A stretch of 64,000 nucleotides of DNA from an uncultured Succinivibrionaceae bacterium (GTDB lineage: Bacteria; Pseudomonadota; Gammaproteobacteria; Enterobacterales; Succinivibrionaceae), in NCBI GenBank assembly GCA_949286015.1, contig CASEBB010000002.1, forward strand, positions 9,981-73,980, written 5' to 3'. The notes under the pieces are model-generated. The model had not been told where the DNA came from. It did not search any database and was given only the letters and a program-made list of their open reading frames with translations. Each line of letters opens with the position of its first letter. Within the stretch, counting starts at the first letter, position 1. A program made the position numbers and the translations under genes. Of the stretch, positions 63,670 to 64,000 are shown in pieces.

Positions 63670-64000
63670 ATGGATACTTTGCAACTCACCAAAACTAACG
63701 GCGAAACCTATGAGATGTCGGCCTCGGACTACGGCCATCTCATCCACGACACCTACCAGCAGATGGACTTTGTGTTTGCCGCAGAGTTTATCCGCTACCG
63801 CCGCCAGCATGTGACTGCCACTTTAGCTGCCAACCTCAAAGCAGGTATGGACGACATCTCCTGTGCGCTGATCGACCACATGGAGGATATGTACGACCTG
63901 CTGCCGATGCTGCCTAAAGTCATGGTGAGCAACGCGGCGGTCTTTACCCCTGAGGATCACCAGCGCTACCAGTTATGGCAACAGATGGTGGCAAGCAAGA
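63670..64000 (+). CDS. FkbM-type methyltransferase, paralogue 3 (5' part; runs off the window)
   Basis: Not in the ORF track because no stop is reached. Hand translation MDTLQLTKTNGETYEMSASDYGHLIHDTYQQMDFVFAAEFIRYRRQHVTATLAANLKAGMDD... is colinear with 62345-63013. Confidence 0.8.
   Translation, partial: MDTLQLTKTNGETYEMSASDYGHLIHDTYQQMDFVFAAEFIRYRRQHVTATLAANLKAGMDDISCALIDHMEDMYDLLPMLPKVMVSNAAVFTPEDHQRYQLWQQMVASK

Overview
This is a chromosomal window from a gammaproteobacterium. The minus strand carries the conserved housekeeping block rlmN-rodZ-ispG-hisS-yfgM-bamB-der, plus purL and glgP. A fliS-maf arrangement and a sigma-54 sensor/activator pair resemble polar-flagellum loci of Aeromonas/Vibrio-type organisms; finer taxonomy cannot be decided from the sequence alone. 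I call about 36 protein-coding features and recognise no rRNA, tRNA, CRISPR array, transposase or integrase. Four things stand out. (1) Intergenic spacers are long and colonised by a ~150-bp MITE-like palindromic repeat family with at least 10 copies in two subfamilies. Several copies sit inside normally compact operons, and there are two smaller repeat families as well. (2) Contingency-type simple-sequence tracts lie inside surface-glycan genes. AGTC tetranucleotide tracts split the FkbM-type methyltransferase modules of two tandem paralogues; both are out of frame by the same offset, and one extra unit would restore each. A G9 tract sits inside a polysaccharide pyruvyl-transferase gene. (3) The 56-64 kb region is an array of three paralogous GT-like/FkbM cassettes. 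It shows a gene fusion, a degenerate SAM motif, and a 566-bp insertion bounded by inverted repeats and flanked by a ~176-bp duplication. (4) Many proteins, including essential ones, carry long low-complexity inserts: a sigma-54 activator with a ~420-aa P/A/Q linker, its kinase with a ~460-aa tail, Der with a ~180-aa acidic linker, and a ProQ/FinO-domain protein with 33-aa N-terminal repeats and a GGYRPQ (RGG/FUS-like) tail. All coordinates of repeats and hairpins were read by eye and may be off by a few nt.
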